A program made the translations under genes and the position numbers. From assembly GCA_965227515.1 (NCBI GenBank), contig CBDDFZ010000001.1:3200001-3264000 (forward strand): DNA of 64,000 nucleotides. Reading direction: 5' to 3'. Below, in pieces: positions 21,217-33,646 of this stretch (position 1 is its first letter; each line of letters starts with the position of its first letter). Source of the stretch: Alphaproteobacteria bacterium. Lineage in GTDB: Bacteria; Pseudomonadota; Alphaproteobacteria; CALKHQ01. A model generated the notes under the pieces. It did no database searches. It was not told where the DNA came from and saw only the letters and a list, made by a program, of their open reading frames with translations.

Positions 21217-21996
21217 ATGACCTCTCTGGCAGGCAAGACCGCACTGGTCACCGGCGGCAACCGGGGCATTGGCGCGGCGATTGCCGATGCGCTGGCCGGC
21301 CAGGGCGCCGATATCTGGATCACCGGCCGCGACAAGGCGGCGTTGTCCGCGACCGCGGCCGACATTGCCGCCCGGCACGGCGTCTCGGTCGAGCAGGCGG
21401 TGTGCGACGTCACCGACCGCGCGGCGATTGCCCGTCTGGCGGACGCCGTGAAGGCCACGGGCACCGACCCGGACATCCTGGTCAACAACGCCGGCGTTGC
21501 CCACAGCGCGTCCTTCGAGCGTCTGGACCCGGCGGACTGGGACCGATTGCTCGCCACCAACCTCACCAGCGTTTTCGCGCTGACCCAGGCCTTCATCCCC
21601 GCCATGCGCACCGCCGGCTTCGGCCGCGTGGTCAATATCGCGTCGATCGCCGGGCTGCAGGGCTATGGCTACATCGCTGCCTATTGCGCCGCCAAGCACG
21701 GGCTGATCGGGCTCACGCGCGCGCTGGCCGTGGAGTACGCCCGCACCGGCGTCACGGTGAACGCGGTCTGCCCCGGCTACACCGACACAGCCCTGGTGAC
21801 CGACGCGGTCGCCCGCATCGTCGACAAGACCGAGATGTCGCCCGACAAGGCCCAGGCGGCGCTGATCGCAGACATGCCGATGGCCCGCCTGGTGACCCCG
21901 GCGGAGGTGGCGGCGGCCGTGGTGTGGCTCTGCGGGCCGGGCAGTGACGTCGTCACCGGCACCTCGATTCCGGTCGCTGGCGGCGCGGTGATGTGA
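21217..21996 (+). CDS. SDR family oxidoreductase (3-hydroxyacyl-CoA dehydrogenase-like)
   Basis: TGGNRGIG, NNAG, YCAAK. Confidence 0.92.
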   Translation: MTSLAGKTALVTGGNRGIGAAIADALAGQGADIWITGRDKAALSATAADIAARHGVSVEQAVCDVTDRAAIARLADAVKATGTDPDILVNNAGVAHSASFERLDPADWDRLLATNLTSVFALTQAFIPAMRTAGFGRVVNIASIAGLQGYGYIAAYCAAKHGLIGLTRALAVEYARTGVTVNAVCPGYTDTALVTDAVARIVDKTEMSPDKAQAALIADMPMARLVTPAEVAAAVVWLCGPGSDVVTGTSIPVAGGAVM

Positions 21997-22066
21997 GCCC
22001 GTGCCACGGCATTTGCCCGCGAGCCATTTACCGGTGACATTTTAGGCAGCCGCGCCATACTTCGGC

Positions 22067-22924
22067 ATGGACTCAGCCGCCTTGCCCGCCCTTGCCAGCC
22101 TGCGCTTCGCCATAGCCGACCCGGCAACCCATGCCGCCGCGCATTTCGACTGGCGGGTGGCCGGCGCGGTCGGCCATGTCACGCTCGCCCGGCCGGAGCG
22201 CAAGAACCCCCTCACCTTCGAGTCTTATGCCGAGTTGCGCGACCTGTTTCGCGCTCTGGCCGACAACCGCACCGTCAAGGCCGTCGTCATCAGTGGCGCC
22301 GACGGCAATTTCTGCTCCGGCGGCGACGTGCACGACATCATCGGCCCGCTGGTCGGCGCCGACATGTCGGGCCTGCTGGCCTTCACCCGCATGACCGGCG
22401 ACCTGGTGCTGGCGATGCGTGCGTGCCCGCAGCCCATCGTCGCCGCCATCGACGGTGTCTGCGTCGGCGCCGGCGCGATCCTGGCGATGGCGTCGGACAT
22501 GCGTTTCGGCACCGCCGACAGCAAGGTCGCGTTCCTGTTCAGCCGGGTCGGCCTTGCCGGCTGCGACATGGGGGCGTGCGCGATCCTGCCGCGCATCGTC
22601 GGCGCCGGGCGGGCGGCGGAACTGCTCTACACAGGCCGCAGCATGGATGGCACCGAGGCCGAGCGCTGGGGCTTCTACAACAACCTATTTGCGCCCCAGG
22701 ATGTGGTCGATCACGCCTTGGCGATGGCGGAACGACTGGCCGGCGGCCCCAGCTTCGCGCACGCCATGACCAAGCGGATGATGCACCGCGAGTGGGATAT
22801 GTCGATCGAGGCGGCGGTCGAGGCCGAGGCCCAGGCGCAAGCGATTTGCATGCAAACGCGCGATTTCGAGCGTGCCTATCGCGCCTTCGTCGCCAAGCAG
22901 CGCCCCATCTTCGAGGGCGACTGA
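22067..22924 (+). CDS. enoyl-CoA hydratase family protein
   Basis: [27 protein letters not shown]. Confidence 0.9.
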   Translation: MDSAALPALASLRFAIADPATHAAAHFDWRVAGAVGHVTLARPERKNPLTFESYAELRDLFRALADNRTVKAVVISGADGNFCSGGDVHDIIGPLVGADMSGLLAFTRMTGDLVLAMRACPQPIVAAIDGVCVGAGAILAMASDMRFGTADSKVAFLFSRVGLAGCDMGACAILPRIVGAGRAAELLYTGRSMDGTEAERWGFYNNLFAPQDVVDHALAMAERLAGGPSFAHAMTKRMMHREWDMSIEAAVEAEAQAQAICMQTRDFERAYRAFVAKQRPIFEGD

Positions 22925-24093
22925 TGGCCGACGCGGACTATCTGGACTGGCCGTTCTTCGACGACAGCCACCGCGACCTCGCCGGCGGCATCCGCGGCTG
23001 GGCGGCGGCGCATGCCGGCGGCGACCATGGCGACGATGTCGACGGGACCTGCCGCGGGTTGGTCGCCGGCCTGGGGGCGGACGGCTGGTTGCGCCATGCG
23101 GTGCCCGATGAGGGCGACCGCCACGATGTGCGCTCCATCGCGCTGATCCGCGAGGCGCTGGCCTACCAGGACGGGCTGGCGGACTTCGCCTTCGTCATGC
23201 AAGGGCTTGGCACCGCCGCCGTGCACCGCTTCGGCACGCCGGCGCAGCGGGACGCGATCCTGGGCGGCGCGCGGGACGGCACTGCCATCGCCGCGCTGGC
23301 GATGACCGAGCCGCAGTCCGGTTCCGACGTTGCCAACATCCAGGCCACGGCCAGGCGCACCGACGGCGGATATGTGCTCGATGGCACCAAGCGCTACATC
23401 TCCAACGCCGGGCTCGCCGACTTCTACCTCGTGCTCGCGCGCACTGGAGAGGCACCGGGCGCCAAGGGCCTGTCGATGCTGCTGGTCCCGGCCGATGCGC
23501 CCGGGCTGAGCTTGGGCACCCGCCACGCAGTGATGGCCCCGCACCCGCTGGGCGATATCGAATTCCGCAACTGCCAGGTGCCCGACGATGCCGTGATCGG
23601 CGTTGCCGGCGACGGTTTCAAGATCGCAATGTCGGTGCTGGACAGCTTCCGCGCCTCGGTCGGCGCCGCCGCCCTGGGCTTCGCGCGCCGCGCCCTGGAT
23701 GAGACGCTGGCCTGGAGCGAGCAGCGCCAGATGTTCGGCGGTCGCCAGAACGACCTGCAACTGGTGCAGGCCGCCATCGGCGACATGGCGACGGCCATAG
23801 ATGCCGCCGCCCTGCTGGTCTATCGCGCGGCGTGGCGGCATGATACCGGGGCTGCGCGGGTGACCCGCGAAGCCTCGATGGCCAAGCTCTTCGCCACCGA
23901 GGCAGCGCAACAGGTGGTCGACACCGCGGTCCAGCTTCACGGCGGCGCGGGCGTGATCGCCGGAAATGTGGTGGAGCGGCTCTACCGCGAGGTGCGGGCG
24001 CTGCGCATCTATGAGGGCGCGTCGGAGGTGCAGCGGCTGATCGTCGGCGGCCAGGTCCTGCGCGCGGCGCGTGACACGGCGAACGGAGACTGA
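22924..24093 (+). CDS. acyl-CoA dehydrogenase
   Basis: ATG overlaps the upstream TGA; AMTEPQSGSD, GTKRYISNA, ASMAK, RIYEGASEVQ. Confidence 0.92.
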   Translation: MADADYLDWPFFDDSHRDLAGGIRGWAAAHAGGDHGDDVDGTCRGLVAGLGADGWLRHAVPDEGDRHDVRSIALIREALAYQDGLADFAFVMQGLGTAAVHRFGTPAQRDAILGGARDGTAIAALAMTEPQSGSDVANIQATARRTDGGYVLDGTKRYISNAGLADFYLVLARTGEAPGAKGLSMLLVPADAPGLSLGTRHAVMAPHPLGDIEFRNCQVPDDAVIGVAGDGFKIAMSVLDSFRASVGAAALGFARRALDETLAWSEQRQMFGGRQNDLQLVQAAIGDMATAIDAAALLVYRAAWRHDTGAARVTREASMAKLFATEAAQQVVDTAVQLHGGAGVIAGNVVERLYREVRALRIYEGASEVQRLIVGGQVLRAARDTANGD

Positions 24094-24095
24094 AG

Positions 24096-25751
24096 GTGCA
24101 CCCCAGCGGGCATGTCGACACATTCGCGCGCGATAACCTGCCGCCGGCCGACCAGTGGCCGGTGATCGAGACCGGCGGGCTTGCCGCACTGGACTATCCG
24201 GCCCGGTTCAACGCCGCCGATGTGCTGCTGGGCGATGCGCTGGCCGCCGGCCACGGCAACCGGCCGGCGATCCACTGGCCCGGCGGGCGCTGGAGCTATG
24301 CCGAGCTTGCCGCCGCCGTCGACCGTATTGCCCACGTCATCGTGCAGGACATGGGTGTCGTGCCCGGCAACCGTATCCTGCTCCATGGCGGCAACAGCCC
24401 GATGCTGGCGGCGGCATGGCTCGCCATCGTTAAGGCCGGTGCCATCGCGGTCGCCACTATGCCCCAGCTCCGCGCCCGCGAGCTGGCCAAGATCGTGACC
24501 AAGGCCGAGGTCGATTTCTGCCTGTTTCAGAATGACTTGAAGGCCGAAATTGATGGCATGATCGAGCTGACCGGCCGCGACGTGAAGAGCGTTGCCTTCA
24601 ATGGCGATGGGGCTGGCGATGGCTCTGGCGACCTCGCCAAGCGCATGGCCGCGCACGATGCGCCGTTCGCGGCGGCCGACACGGCGTCGGACGATGTCTG
24701 CATCATCGCCTTCACCTCGGGCACCACCGGCCAGCCCAAGGGCACGCTGCATTTCCACCGCGACATGCTGACGATCTGCGACACCTTCTCCAAGCTGGTG
24801 CTGGAGCCGGTGGCCGACGACATCTTCATCGGCTCGCCGCCGCTGGCGTTCGCGTTCGGCCTTGGCGGGCTGCTGCTGTTCCCGATGCGCGCGTTCGCTT
24901 CCACCGTGCTCGGCATCAAGCCTGGCCCGCCGGCCCTGGCCGAGGCGATCGGCGTGTTCGGGGCGACGGTCTGCTTCTCCGCCCCCACGGCGTTTCGCGC
25001 CATGCTCGACCCGGCGTCGGCGCCGTACCTGAAGACCCTGCGCAAGTGCGTGTCGGCCGGCGAGACCCTGCCGGCGCCCGTCTACGAGCAATGGCGCGAG
25101 ACCACCGGCATCTCGATCATCGACGGCATCGGCTCGACCGAGATGTTGCACATCTTCATTTCCGCCCGCGAAGTCGACATGCGGGCCGGCGCCACCGGCA
25201 TCGCCGTGCCCGGCTACCGCGCCCAGGTCGTCGACGAGGACGGCAACCCCGTGTTCGCCGGCACGGTTGGGAAACTGGCCGTGCGCGGGCCCACCGGCTG
25301 CCGCTATCTGGCCGACGACCGGCAGTTGTCCTATGTCCAGAACGGTTGGAACCTGACCGGCGACGCCTATCTGATGGATGAGGATGGGTATTTCGTGTTC
25401 CAGGCCCGCACCGACGACATGATCGTCTCGTCGGGCTACAACATCGCCGGGCCGGAGGTTGAATCGGCGCTTCTGGAACACCCCGGCGTGTCGGAATGCG
25501 CTGTCGTCGGCGCGCCGGACCCGCAGCGCGGCCACATTGTAAAGGCCTATGTCGTGCTGCGCGATCCGGATGAGGCCGGCCCCGAAACTGCCAAGGCGCT
25601 GCAGGATTTCACCAAGAGTGTCATCGCCCCCTACAAATATCCCCGCGCCGTGGAGTTCGTCGCCGAACTGCCGCGCACGCCGACCGGCAAGGTCCAGCGC
25701 TTCCGCTTGCGCGAAGATGCCGCCGGTCGTGGTGGGCCGGGGCGTGGCTGA
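24096..25751 (+). CDS. 2-aminobenzoate/benzoate-CoA ligase family protein
   Basis: FTSGTTGQPKG, DGIGSTEMLHIF, TGD, PRTPTGKVQRF; N-terminus HVDTFARDNLP. Confidence 0.88.
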   Translation: MHPSGHVDTFARDNLPPADQWPVIETGGLAALDYPARFNAADVLLGDALAAGHGNRPAIHWPGGRWSYAELAAAVDRIAHVIVQDMGVVPGNRILLHGGNSPMLAAAWLAIVKAGAIAVATMPQLRARELAKIVTKAEVDFCLFQNDLKAEIDGMIELTGRDVKSVAFNGDGAGDGSGDLAKRMAAHDAPFAAADTASDDVCIIAFTSGTTGQPKGTLHFHRDMLTICDTFSKLVLEPVADDIFIGSPPLAFAFGLGGLLLFPMRAFASTVLGIKPGPPALAEAIGVFGATVCFSAPTAFRAMLDPASAPYLKTLRKCVSAGETLPAPVYEQWRETTGISIIDGIGSTEMLHIFISAREVDMRAGATGIAVPGYRAQVVDEDGNPVFAGTVGKLAVRGPTGCRYLADDRQLSYVQNGWNLTGDAYLMDEDGYFVFQARTDDMIVSSGYNIAGPEVESALLEHPGVSECAVVGAPDPQRGHIVKAYVVLRDPDEAGPETAKALQDFTKSVIAPYKYPRAVEFVAELPRTPTGKVQRFRLREDAAGRGGPGRG

Positions 25752-25762
25752 TTGATGGCCGC

Positions 25763-26563
25763 GTGACGACACACGATCCATTCGCACCGCCGCCGCGCCA
25801 AAAGGGGACCAGGCGGCGGGAGCCGATCTTCAATGCCAAGGGCCGCGGCTTCACCCTTGGCTTCGCGCTGGCCTGCGTTGCGGTCTACCTGTTCCAGCAG
25901 GCGGCGGGCCTGCGCGAGACCCGCGACCTGTTCGAGGCGTTCGGCCTGGTCCCCTACTACTTCCTGCTCGGCATAGACGTTACATATCATGGGGTTATCG
26001 TCCCTTCTTGGGCCAATATCCTCACCCATATGCTACTGCACGACGGGTTCTGGCACCTGGCACTGAACATGCTGGCGCTGGTGTCGTTCGGCGGCATGGT
26101 GGAGCGCACCATCCGCACCTGGCGCATGGCTGTGTTGTTCCTGGTCGGCGGGGTGGTGGCCGGCCTGGCCGAGGTATGGCTCAGCTCGGAGCAGTTCATC
26201 CTGATGGTCGGTGCCAGCGGGGCGATCTTCGCCGTGGTCGGCGCCTATGTGATGCTGTGGCCATTCACACGGGTCTATCTGTTGGTGATCCCGATGCCGG
26301 GCTGGGTGCTGCTGGCGGTGATCGTGGTGCTGCACCTGGTGCTCGGCTACGGCCTGCAGCTCGGCGGCATCGCCTGGTGGGCGCATATGGGTGGGCTGGC
26401 CGCCGGCATGCTGCTGATCCTGGTATTGCGGCCGCGCGGCGTGGTGCTGTTCCAGCAACCGCCGCCCCCGCCCCCGATACGCCGGCGCCGCCCGACGATG
26501 TTCCCGCCCTCCGGCGGTTCGTCGCCCTCAGGCAAGGAGCCCGGCGGCCGCCCCCTGCCCTGA
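25763..26563 (+). CDS. rhomboid intramembrane serine protease
   Basis: HLALNM, GASG, AHMGG. Confidence 0.9.
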   Translation: MTTHDPFAPPPRQKGTRRREPIFNAKGRGFTLGFALACVAVYLFQQAAGLRETRDLFEAFGLVPYYFLLGIDVTYHGVIVPSWANILTHMLLHDGFWHLALNMLALVSFGGMVERTIRTWRMAVLFLVGGVVAGLAEVWLSSEQFILMVGASGAIFAVVGAYVMLWPFTRVYLLVIPMPGWVLLAVIVVLHLVLGYGLQLGGIAWWAHMGGLAAGMLLILVLRPRGVVLFQQPPPPPPIRRRRPTMFPPSGGSSPSGKEPGGRPLP

Positions 26564-26660
26564 CTTGGCCGATACCTGATCGCACCCGGGCTCCCGCATT
26601 CGGCTGCATGGCCGGGGCCGCAACCCGTGTATACTCGGGGGGATTCGGAGGGGAGCGCGC

Positions 26661-28151
<1,491 letters not shown>

Positions 28152-28193
28152 TGCCGCTATCCCCCGCCCCCCTGGCCAACCCCCCGAAGGTGC

Positions 28194-29882
28194 ATGCCTG
28201 ACGACACAGCCCTGACACATCTGGTGATCCTGTTCGCCGCGGCGGTCATCGTGGTGCCGCTGTTGCGTTACGGCAAGGCGAGCCCGGTGCTGGGCTTCCT
28301 GTTGGCCGGCGTGATCGTTGGGCCTTCGGGTTTCGAGCTCGTGCCGGAATCGGAGCTGACGGCCACGCTGGCCGAGTTCGGCGTGATGTTCCTGCTGTTC
28401 GCCATCGGGCTGGAACTTTCCATCGAGCGCCTGCGGGCCATGCGCTACCTGGTGTTCGGGCTGGGCGCGGCGCAGTGCGCGGCCTGCGCCATCGTCATTG
28501 GCGGGTTTGTCTATCTGATGGGGGCGGGCGGAGCGGCGTCCATACTTATCGGTGCGGCCCTGGCCTTGTCGTCCACGGCGTTCGTCATGCAACTCCTGGA
28601 CGAGCGCGGCGAGCTGGCCTCCCAGCACGGCCGATCCGCGTTTGCCATCCTGCTGTTCCAGGACCTGGCCGCCGTGCCGCTGATCGCGTTGGTCGGCGTC
28701 CTGGGTGGCGATGCCGCCGAGATCGGCATGGCGGTGCTGACCACGTTCGGTGTCGCGCTGGGCGTTTTCGCCGGCATCCTGATTATCGGCCGGGTGGTGC
28801 TGCGCCCTGCCCTGCGGCTGGTCGCAACCAGCCGCAGCGCGGAGATCTTCACCGTCGTGACCCTGCTGCTTGTGATCGGTACCGGCTGGCTGACCCACCT
28901 GTTCGGGCTCTCCATCGTGCTCGGCGCGTTCCTGGCCGGCATCCTGCTGGCCGAGACCGAATACCGGCACCAGGTGGAGGCCGACATTCGGCCATTCCGC
29001 GGCGTGCTGCTGGGGCTGTTCTTCACCACCATCGGCATGTCCATCGACCTGTCGGTGGCGATGGAGCGCTGGGGCGAGCTGGTCCTCATCGTGCTGGGCC
29101 TGATGCTGACCAAGGCGCTGCTGATAACCCTGGTGGCCTGGGTTTCGTCCCGGCGATGGACCGATGCGGTGCGCACTGGCGTATTCCTGGCCCAGGGCGG
29201 CGAGTTCGCCTTCGTCGTTTTCGAACTGGCCGGCCGCGAGGGCCTGATCGAGGCCGACTTGCGGCAGATCCTGGTCGTGTCGGTCGCGGTCTCAATGCTG
29301 CTGACGCCGCTGTTGGTCGGTGGGGCGGCGCGCGCTATCCGTCATGTCGAAGCGAAGCGGCGCGGCGACCAGAAGTTTGCGGCGCCGGATGCCGAGGACG
29401 TCCAGAACCATGCCCTGATCGCTGGCTTTGGCCGCACCGGGCGCACGATCGCGGAGATCCTGGTGCGCCAGGGCTTCAACTACGTGGCGCTGGACCAGGA
29501 CCCCGCCGCCGTGGCGGAGGCGCGCAGCAAGGGCTTGCCGGTCTACTACGGCAACGTGAACCACTCCCACGTCTTGGAGGGCGCCGGCATCGCCCATGCC
29601 CAGGTCGCCATCGTCACCGTCAACGACACCATCGCGGCCGAGCGCACCGTGCACGCCATCAAGCGGGATTGGCCGCGCCTGCCGATCATTGCACGCGCCA
29701 AGGATGTTCCGCACGCCGAGCATCTGCAGCGCGCCGGCGCCGCCGTGATCGTGCCGGAGGTGCACGAGGCGAGCCTGCGCCTGGGCACCGAGGCATTGAC
29801 CAAGATGGGCCTGAGCCGCGAGGAAGCGCATCTGGTGATCGAGGACTACCAGACGCTGTTCAAGGACGCATGGCCGCATTGA
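28194..29882 (+). CDS. CPA2 monovalent cation:proton antiporter with KTN/TrkA-N domain (Kef-like)
   Basis: LFQDL, QGGEFAF, GFGRTG. Confidence 0.9.
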   Translation: MPDDTALTHLVILFAAAVIVVPLLRYGKASPVLGFLLAGVIVGPSGFELVPESELTATLAEFGVMFLLFAIGLELSIERLRAMRYLVFGLGAAQCAACAIVIGGFVYLMGAGGAASILIGAALALSSTAFVMQLLDERGELASQHGRSAFAILLFQDLAAVPLIALVGVLGGDAAEIGMAVLTTFGVALGVFAGILIIGRVVLRPALRLVATSRSAEIFTVVTLLLVIGTGWLTHLFGLSIVLGAFLAGILLAETEYRHQVEADIRPFRGVLLGLFFTTIGMSIDLSVAMERWGELVLIVLGLMLTKALLITLVAWVSSRRWTDAVRTGVFLAQGGEFAFVVFELAGREGLIEADLRQILVVSVAVSMLLTPLLVGGAARAIRHVEAKRRGDQKFAAPDAEDVQNHALIAGFGRTGRTIAEILVRQGFNYVALDQDPAAVAEARSKGLPVYYGNVNHSHVLEGAGIAHAQVAIVTVNDTIAAERTVHAIKRDWPRLPIIARAKDVPHAEHLQRAGAAVIVPEVHEASLRLGTEALTKMGLSREEAHLVIEDYQTLFKDAWPH

Positions 29883-29920
29883 TGGCGCCATCGCTTGCAC
29901 TGCAAACGAAAAACAGACTT

Positions 29921-30099
29921 GTCGCCCTCGCCCTTGTGGCGAGGGCCCATTTATGTCCGATACGCCAATGGGTTATCGCAATGACATTGGCTGAGGGGGC
30001 AGCCGTATGCCGGGCGCTGATGCACCATGATCGAACGCCATGAAGCACCGTTCGAGCCCCGCATTTGGGAGGGGCCCTTGCCACAAGGGCAAGGGCGAC
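29921..30099. repeat. palindromic intergenic repeat family B, copy 1
   Basis: GTCGCCCTCGCCCTTGTGGCGAGGGCCC ... GGGCCCTTGCCACAAGGGCAAGGGCGAC terminal inverted arms. Confidence 0.8.
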
Positions 30100-30129
30100 G
30101 AGGTATGACGGCTGAGACGTGAGCTTGGA

Positions 30130-31695
30130 TTGGTAGACGTAACCCAAATCGCCTCAGAGCATGCCGTTGTCGCCGCCGGGCACCGGCTGGCGTGCGATGC
30201 CGCGGCCGCGACCATGGGCGATGGCGGAACGGTGGCGGATGCCGCAGTGGCCGCAGGTTTCGTGCTGGCGGTCGTGAACCCGCATGCGGCCACGTTGGGC
30301 GGCGACGCGTTCGTGCTGGTCCGCGACGGGGCAACAGGCCAGGTGCATGGCGTCAATGGCTCCGGCGCCGCGCCAGCGGGTGTCGACCCGGCGATGTTTC
30401 CCGAGGGCATGCCGCGCGCCGGGCCGCAGGTCTCCACGGTGCCGGGTTTCGTTGCCGCCATGGGCGAGATGCACGAACGCTTCGGGCGCCTGCCTTGGGC
30501 GGAACTGTTGGCGCCTGCGACCGCCCTCGCCCACGATGGCTTTGAGGTCAACGCATACCTGGCGGCGAACGCTGAGCGCTGTGCCGCGTTGCTGGCGCCG
30601 AACATGCGTGCCGCCGAATTGTTCCTGCCTGGCGACACGCCATTGGCCGCAGGCGACCGGCTTGTTCAGCCCGATCTCGCACGCACGCTGGAAGCGGTGG
30701 GTGCCGACGGTGCGCAGGCATTCTATCGCGGCGCGTTGGCGGAACGGCTTGCCGCAGGCATTGCGGACACTGGCGGCCTGGTGACGGCGGCCGACCTCGC
30801 CGCCCACCGCACCCTGTGGCAAGACCCGGTCTCCGCACCCTTCTGCGGGCGCGAGGTGGTGACCATGCCGCCGAACTCCTATGGGCTGACCATGCTGTTG
30901 CAACTTCTGCTGCTGGAGCGCGTCGGCGTCGCCGACATGGAGCCGGACGGGCCAGAGTTCGTGCTGGCGGGGTTGGCGGCGCGGCGCCGCGCCTATGCCG
31001 CCGCGGCGGATGCGATCTGCGACCCGGTGGACGGCGAAGCGGCCGCCTGGCGGCTGCTCGACCGCGCCATCGACGGCGACCTCGCGGACGGCCCCACGCC
31101 AGCCGAGGCCGAGGGCGGCACCACCAACATCTGCATCGCCGACCGCAACGGCAACGCCGTCTCGCTGGTCGCCAGCGTGTCGGCGCCGTTCGGCAACTGC
31201 GTGATCGCGGGCGACACCGGCGTGTTGATGAACAACCGGCTTCGGGGGTTCTCCCTCGATGCCGCCAGTCCCAACCGGCTGGCACCGGGCCGGAGGCCCG
31301 CGCACACCCTGACGCCGGCCATGGTGCTGCGGGACGCGACACCGGAATGGATCATCGGCTCGCCCGGAACCGCCGGCCAGACCTGCGTGATGGCGCAACT
31401 GATCGCCCGCCTTGTCGCCTGCAATCTGGCGCCGGCGCAGGCCCTGGCCGCACCACGTTGGTCGGTCGATTTGCAGGGCAAGCCCATTGTCGAAACGTCT
31501 CTTGATAACAATGTATTCGACGCTATTTCTGCCAAGGAAGCCGAACTGCGCCGCATGCCAGTTGGCTGGCAGACATTCGGGTCGGCCAAGGCCTGCCACT
31601 ACGGCCCCAACGGCCTGACCGCCTATGCCGATCGCCGTCGCGCGGCCGATGTTGGCGCACTGGATCGCACTCTGGACCGGGCGCCCGGGCCATAG
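30130..31695 (+). CDS. gamma-glutamyltransferase family (Ntn hydrolase), cytoplasmic
   Basis: LGGDAF, TVPG, QPDLARTL, nucleophile region GTTNICIAD, PGRRPAHTL, GSPG; start uncertain (TTG). Confidence 0.85.
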   Translation: MVDVTQIASEHAVVAAGHRLACDAAAATMGDGGTVADAAVAAGFVLAVVNPHAATLGGDAFVLVRDGATGQVHGVNGSGAAPAGVDPAMFPEGMPRAGPQVSTVPGFVAAMGEMHERFGRLPWAELLAPATALAHDGFEVNAYLAANAERCAALLAPNMRAAELFLPGDTPLAAGDRLVQPDLARTLEAVGADGAQAFYRGALAERLAAGIADTGGLVTAADLAAHRTLWQDPVSAPFCGREVVTMPPNSYGLTMLLQLLLLERVGVADMEPDGPEFVLAGLAARRRAYAAAADAICDPVDGEAAAWRLLDRAIDGDLADGPTPAEAEGGTTNICIADRNGNAVSLVASVSAPFGNCVIAGDTGVLMNNRLRGFSLDAASPNRLAPGRRPAHTLTPAMVLRDATPEWIIGSPGTAGQTCVMAQLIARLVACNLAPAQALAAPRWSVDLQGKPIVETSLDNNVFDAISAKEAELRRMPVGWQTFGSAKACHYGPNGLTAYADRRRAADVGALDRTLDRAPGP

Positions 31696-31739
31696 CATAA
31701 CTACGCCCTCGCACCGACCAGGGGGAGACGCATACCGCG

Positions 31740-32807
31740 ATGGCCGAACAGCTCAACTACGAGGTTGCCTGCCTGCAAACCCGCTCGCGGCAGGTCTCGC
31801 GCGACGACGACGCCCAGCGCGACGCCGATATCCGCGCCAACCTAGAGCGGATCTTCGAGCTCATCGACTACATCACAGCGTTCGGCAATTCCGAGGTGCG
31901 GCTGATCGTGCTGCCGGAATACGCCATCAACGCGCGCTGGCACCGCATGGAACTGGAAGACTGGATGCGCATCTGCACCACCATTCCGGGCCCCTACACC
32001 GACCTGATCGGCGAGAAGGCGAAGGAGCGCAAGGTCTTCATCGCGGCCAACCTGTTCGAGGTGCACGAGGCCTATCCGGGCCGGTTCTTCAACTGCTCCT
32101 GCCTGATCGGGCCCGACGGGAAGGTGCTGATCAAACACTGGAAAAACAACAACAATGCCTGGGTCTTCCCCTACACCACGCCGTCCGACATCTATTCCGA
32201 CTTCGTCGCCCGGTTCGGGCGCGAGAACCTGTTCCCGGTCGCACGCACGGAGATCGGCAACATCGGGCTGTTGACCTGCGGCGAGCTCGGATTCCCCGAG
32301 AACGCCCGCTGCACCATGCTGAACGGCGCCGAGGTGCTGCTGCACCTGACGTCGGAGCCGCACAACCTCAGCCACGGCGACGTACGCAACTGGGAGGCGC
32401 TGCGCACCGCGCGCGCCTATGAGAACAAGTGCTTCTTGGCGATGGCCAATATCGGCATGTACGAGGGCGCGCTGCGTGGCCTGCATGGCAGCCACGGCGA
32501 CAGCGCCATCCACAATTTCGACGGCTCGATACTGAACAAGATCAATGGCGGCGGCGAAGGCACCATCAAGGGGCCGATCGACCTGAACGCCCTGCGCCGG
32601 GTGCGCGCCAAGCCGTTCCACCCGGTGACCCTGCGCGCCGAGATGTATGCCAAGGAGTACGAAGCCACCGTGAGCTGGCCCAATGACGGCTTCCTGGAAA
32701 AGCCGATCGAAAGCATTGAGGAGACGCGCGCCCAGTTCCGCCGCCTGGTGGAGGAGCGCCGCGCCCGCGGCATCGACAAGGCCCCCCGCGACTATGCCCC
32801 CGAGTAG
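31740..32807 (+). CDS. nitrilase/carbon-nitrogen hydrolase family protein
   Basis: E-K-C triad: LPE, HWK, LTCGE; RAYEN. Confidence 0.88.
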   Translation: MAEQLNYEVACLQTRSRQVSRDDDAQRDADIRANLERIFELIDYITAFGNSEVRLIVLPEYAINARWHRMELEDWMRICTTIPGPYTDLIGEKAKERKVFIAANLFEVHEAYPGRFFNCSCLIGPDGKVLIKHWKNNNNAWVFPYTTPSDIYSDFVARFGRENLFPVARTEIGNIGLLTCGELGFPENARCTMLNGAEVLLHLTSEPHNLSHGDVRNWEALRTARAYENKCFLAMANIGMYEGALRGLHGSHGDSAIHNFDGSILNKINGGGEGTIKGPIDLNALRRVRAKPFHPVTLRAEMYAKEYEATVSWPNDGFLEKPIESIEETRAQFRRLVEERRARGIDKAPRDYAPE

Positions 32808-32858
32808 CGCCTTGCCCCCTCGCCGCCGCGTCAGCGTTCATCTGAAATCGAAGGAATG

Positions 32859-33012
32859 TTGACGCCCTCGGCCCTGTGCCGAGGGCCCATTCATCACGCG
32901 TTCACTTGGCTTGCGGTCCTGGCTCGCTATCGCCCGCAGGTGCGGCGCGAATCTTGTAACCGATTGGGCATCGGACAAAAATGGGCCCTCGGCACAAGGC
33001 CGAGGGCGTCAA
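32859..33012. repeat. palindromic intergenic repeat family B, copy 2
   Basis: TTGACGCCCTCGGCCCTGTGCCGAGGGCCCAT ... ATGGGCCCTCGGCACAAGGCCGAGGGCGTCAA. Confidence 0.8.
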
Positions 33013-33076
33013 GATGGTGGGTTGATATGCCGATAGAGGCAACATGCGCGCTCTGTTGTATCTCAAGGTCGCTCAA

Positions 33077-33646
33077 ATGCGCCGCCTGATCGTCGGCATC
33101 ACAGGCGCGTCCTGCGCCATCTACGGCATCCGCGCGCTGCAGGTTCTGCAGACCGTGGACGATGTTGAGACCCACCTTGTGCTCTCGCCCTCGGCCCTGC
33201 GCACCATTGTCGACGAAACCGACGTGCCTGCGGCTGATGTCCGCGACATGGCCGACGTGGTGCACGACTACCGCGACATCGGCGCCGGGCCGGCCAGCGG
33301 ATCGTTCCTTGCCCACGGCATGCTGGTCGCCCCCTGCTCCATCAAGACGCTGAGCGGCATCGCCAATTCCTACGACGACAATCTGATCGTGCGCGCCGCC
33401 GACGTGTGCCTGAAGGAACAGCGCCGCCTGGTCCTGATGTTGCGGGAGACCCCGCTGCATGCCGGCCATCTGGAGTTGATGCTGCGCGCGGCGCGCATCG
33501 GTGCGGTCATCGCGCCGCCGATGCCGGCGTTCTACCCCCGGCCGCAGACGCTGGACGACCTGATCGACCACGCGGTCGGTCGCGCGTTGGACCTGTTCGA
33601 CATCGATGCAGGTGTGGTGAAGCGCTGGAAGGACAGCGCGGGATAG
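33077..33646 (+). CDS. ubiX: flavin prenyltransferase UbiX/Pad1
   Basis: GITGAS, SGSF, PCS, RAADV.LKE.R.LVL..RETP, PAFY. Confidence 0.92.
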   Translation: MRRLIVGITGASCAIYGIRALQVLQTVDDVETHLVLSPSALRTIVDETDVPAADVRDMADVVHDYRDIGAGPASGSFLAHGMLVAPCSIKTLSGIANSYDDNLIVRAADVCLKEQRRLVLMLRETPLHAGHLELMLRAARIGAVIAPPMPAFYPRPQTLDDLIDHAVGRALDLFDIDAGVVKRWKDSAG

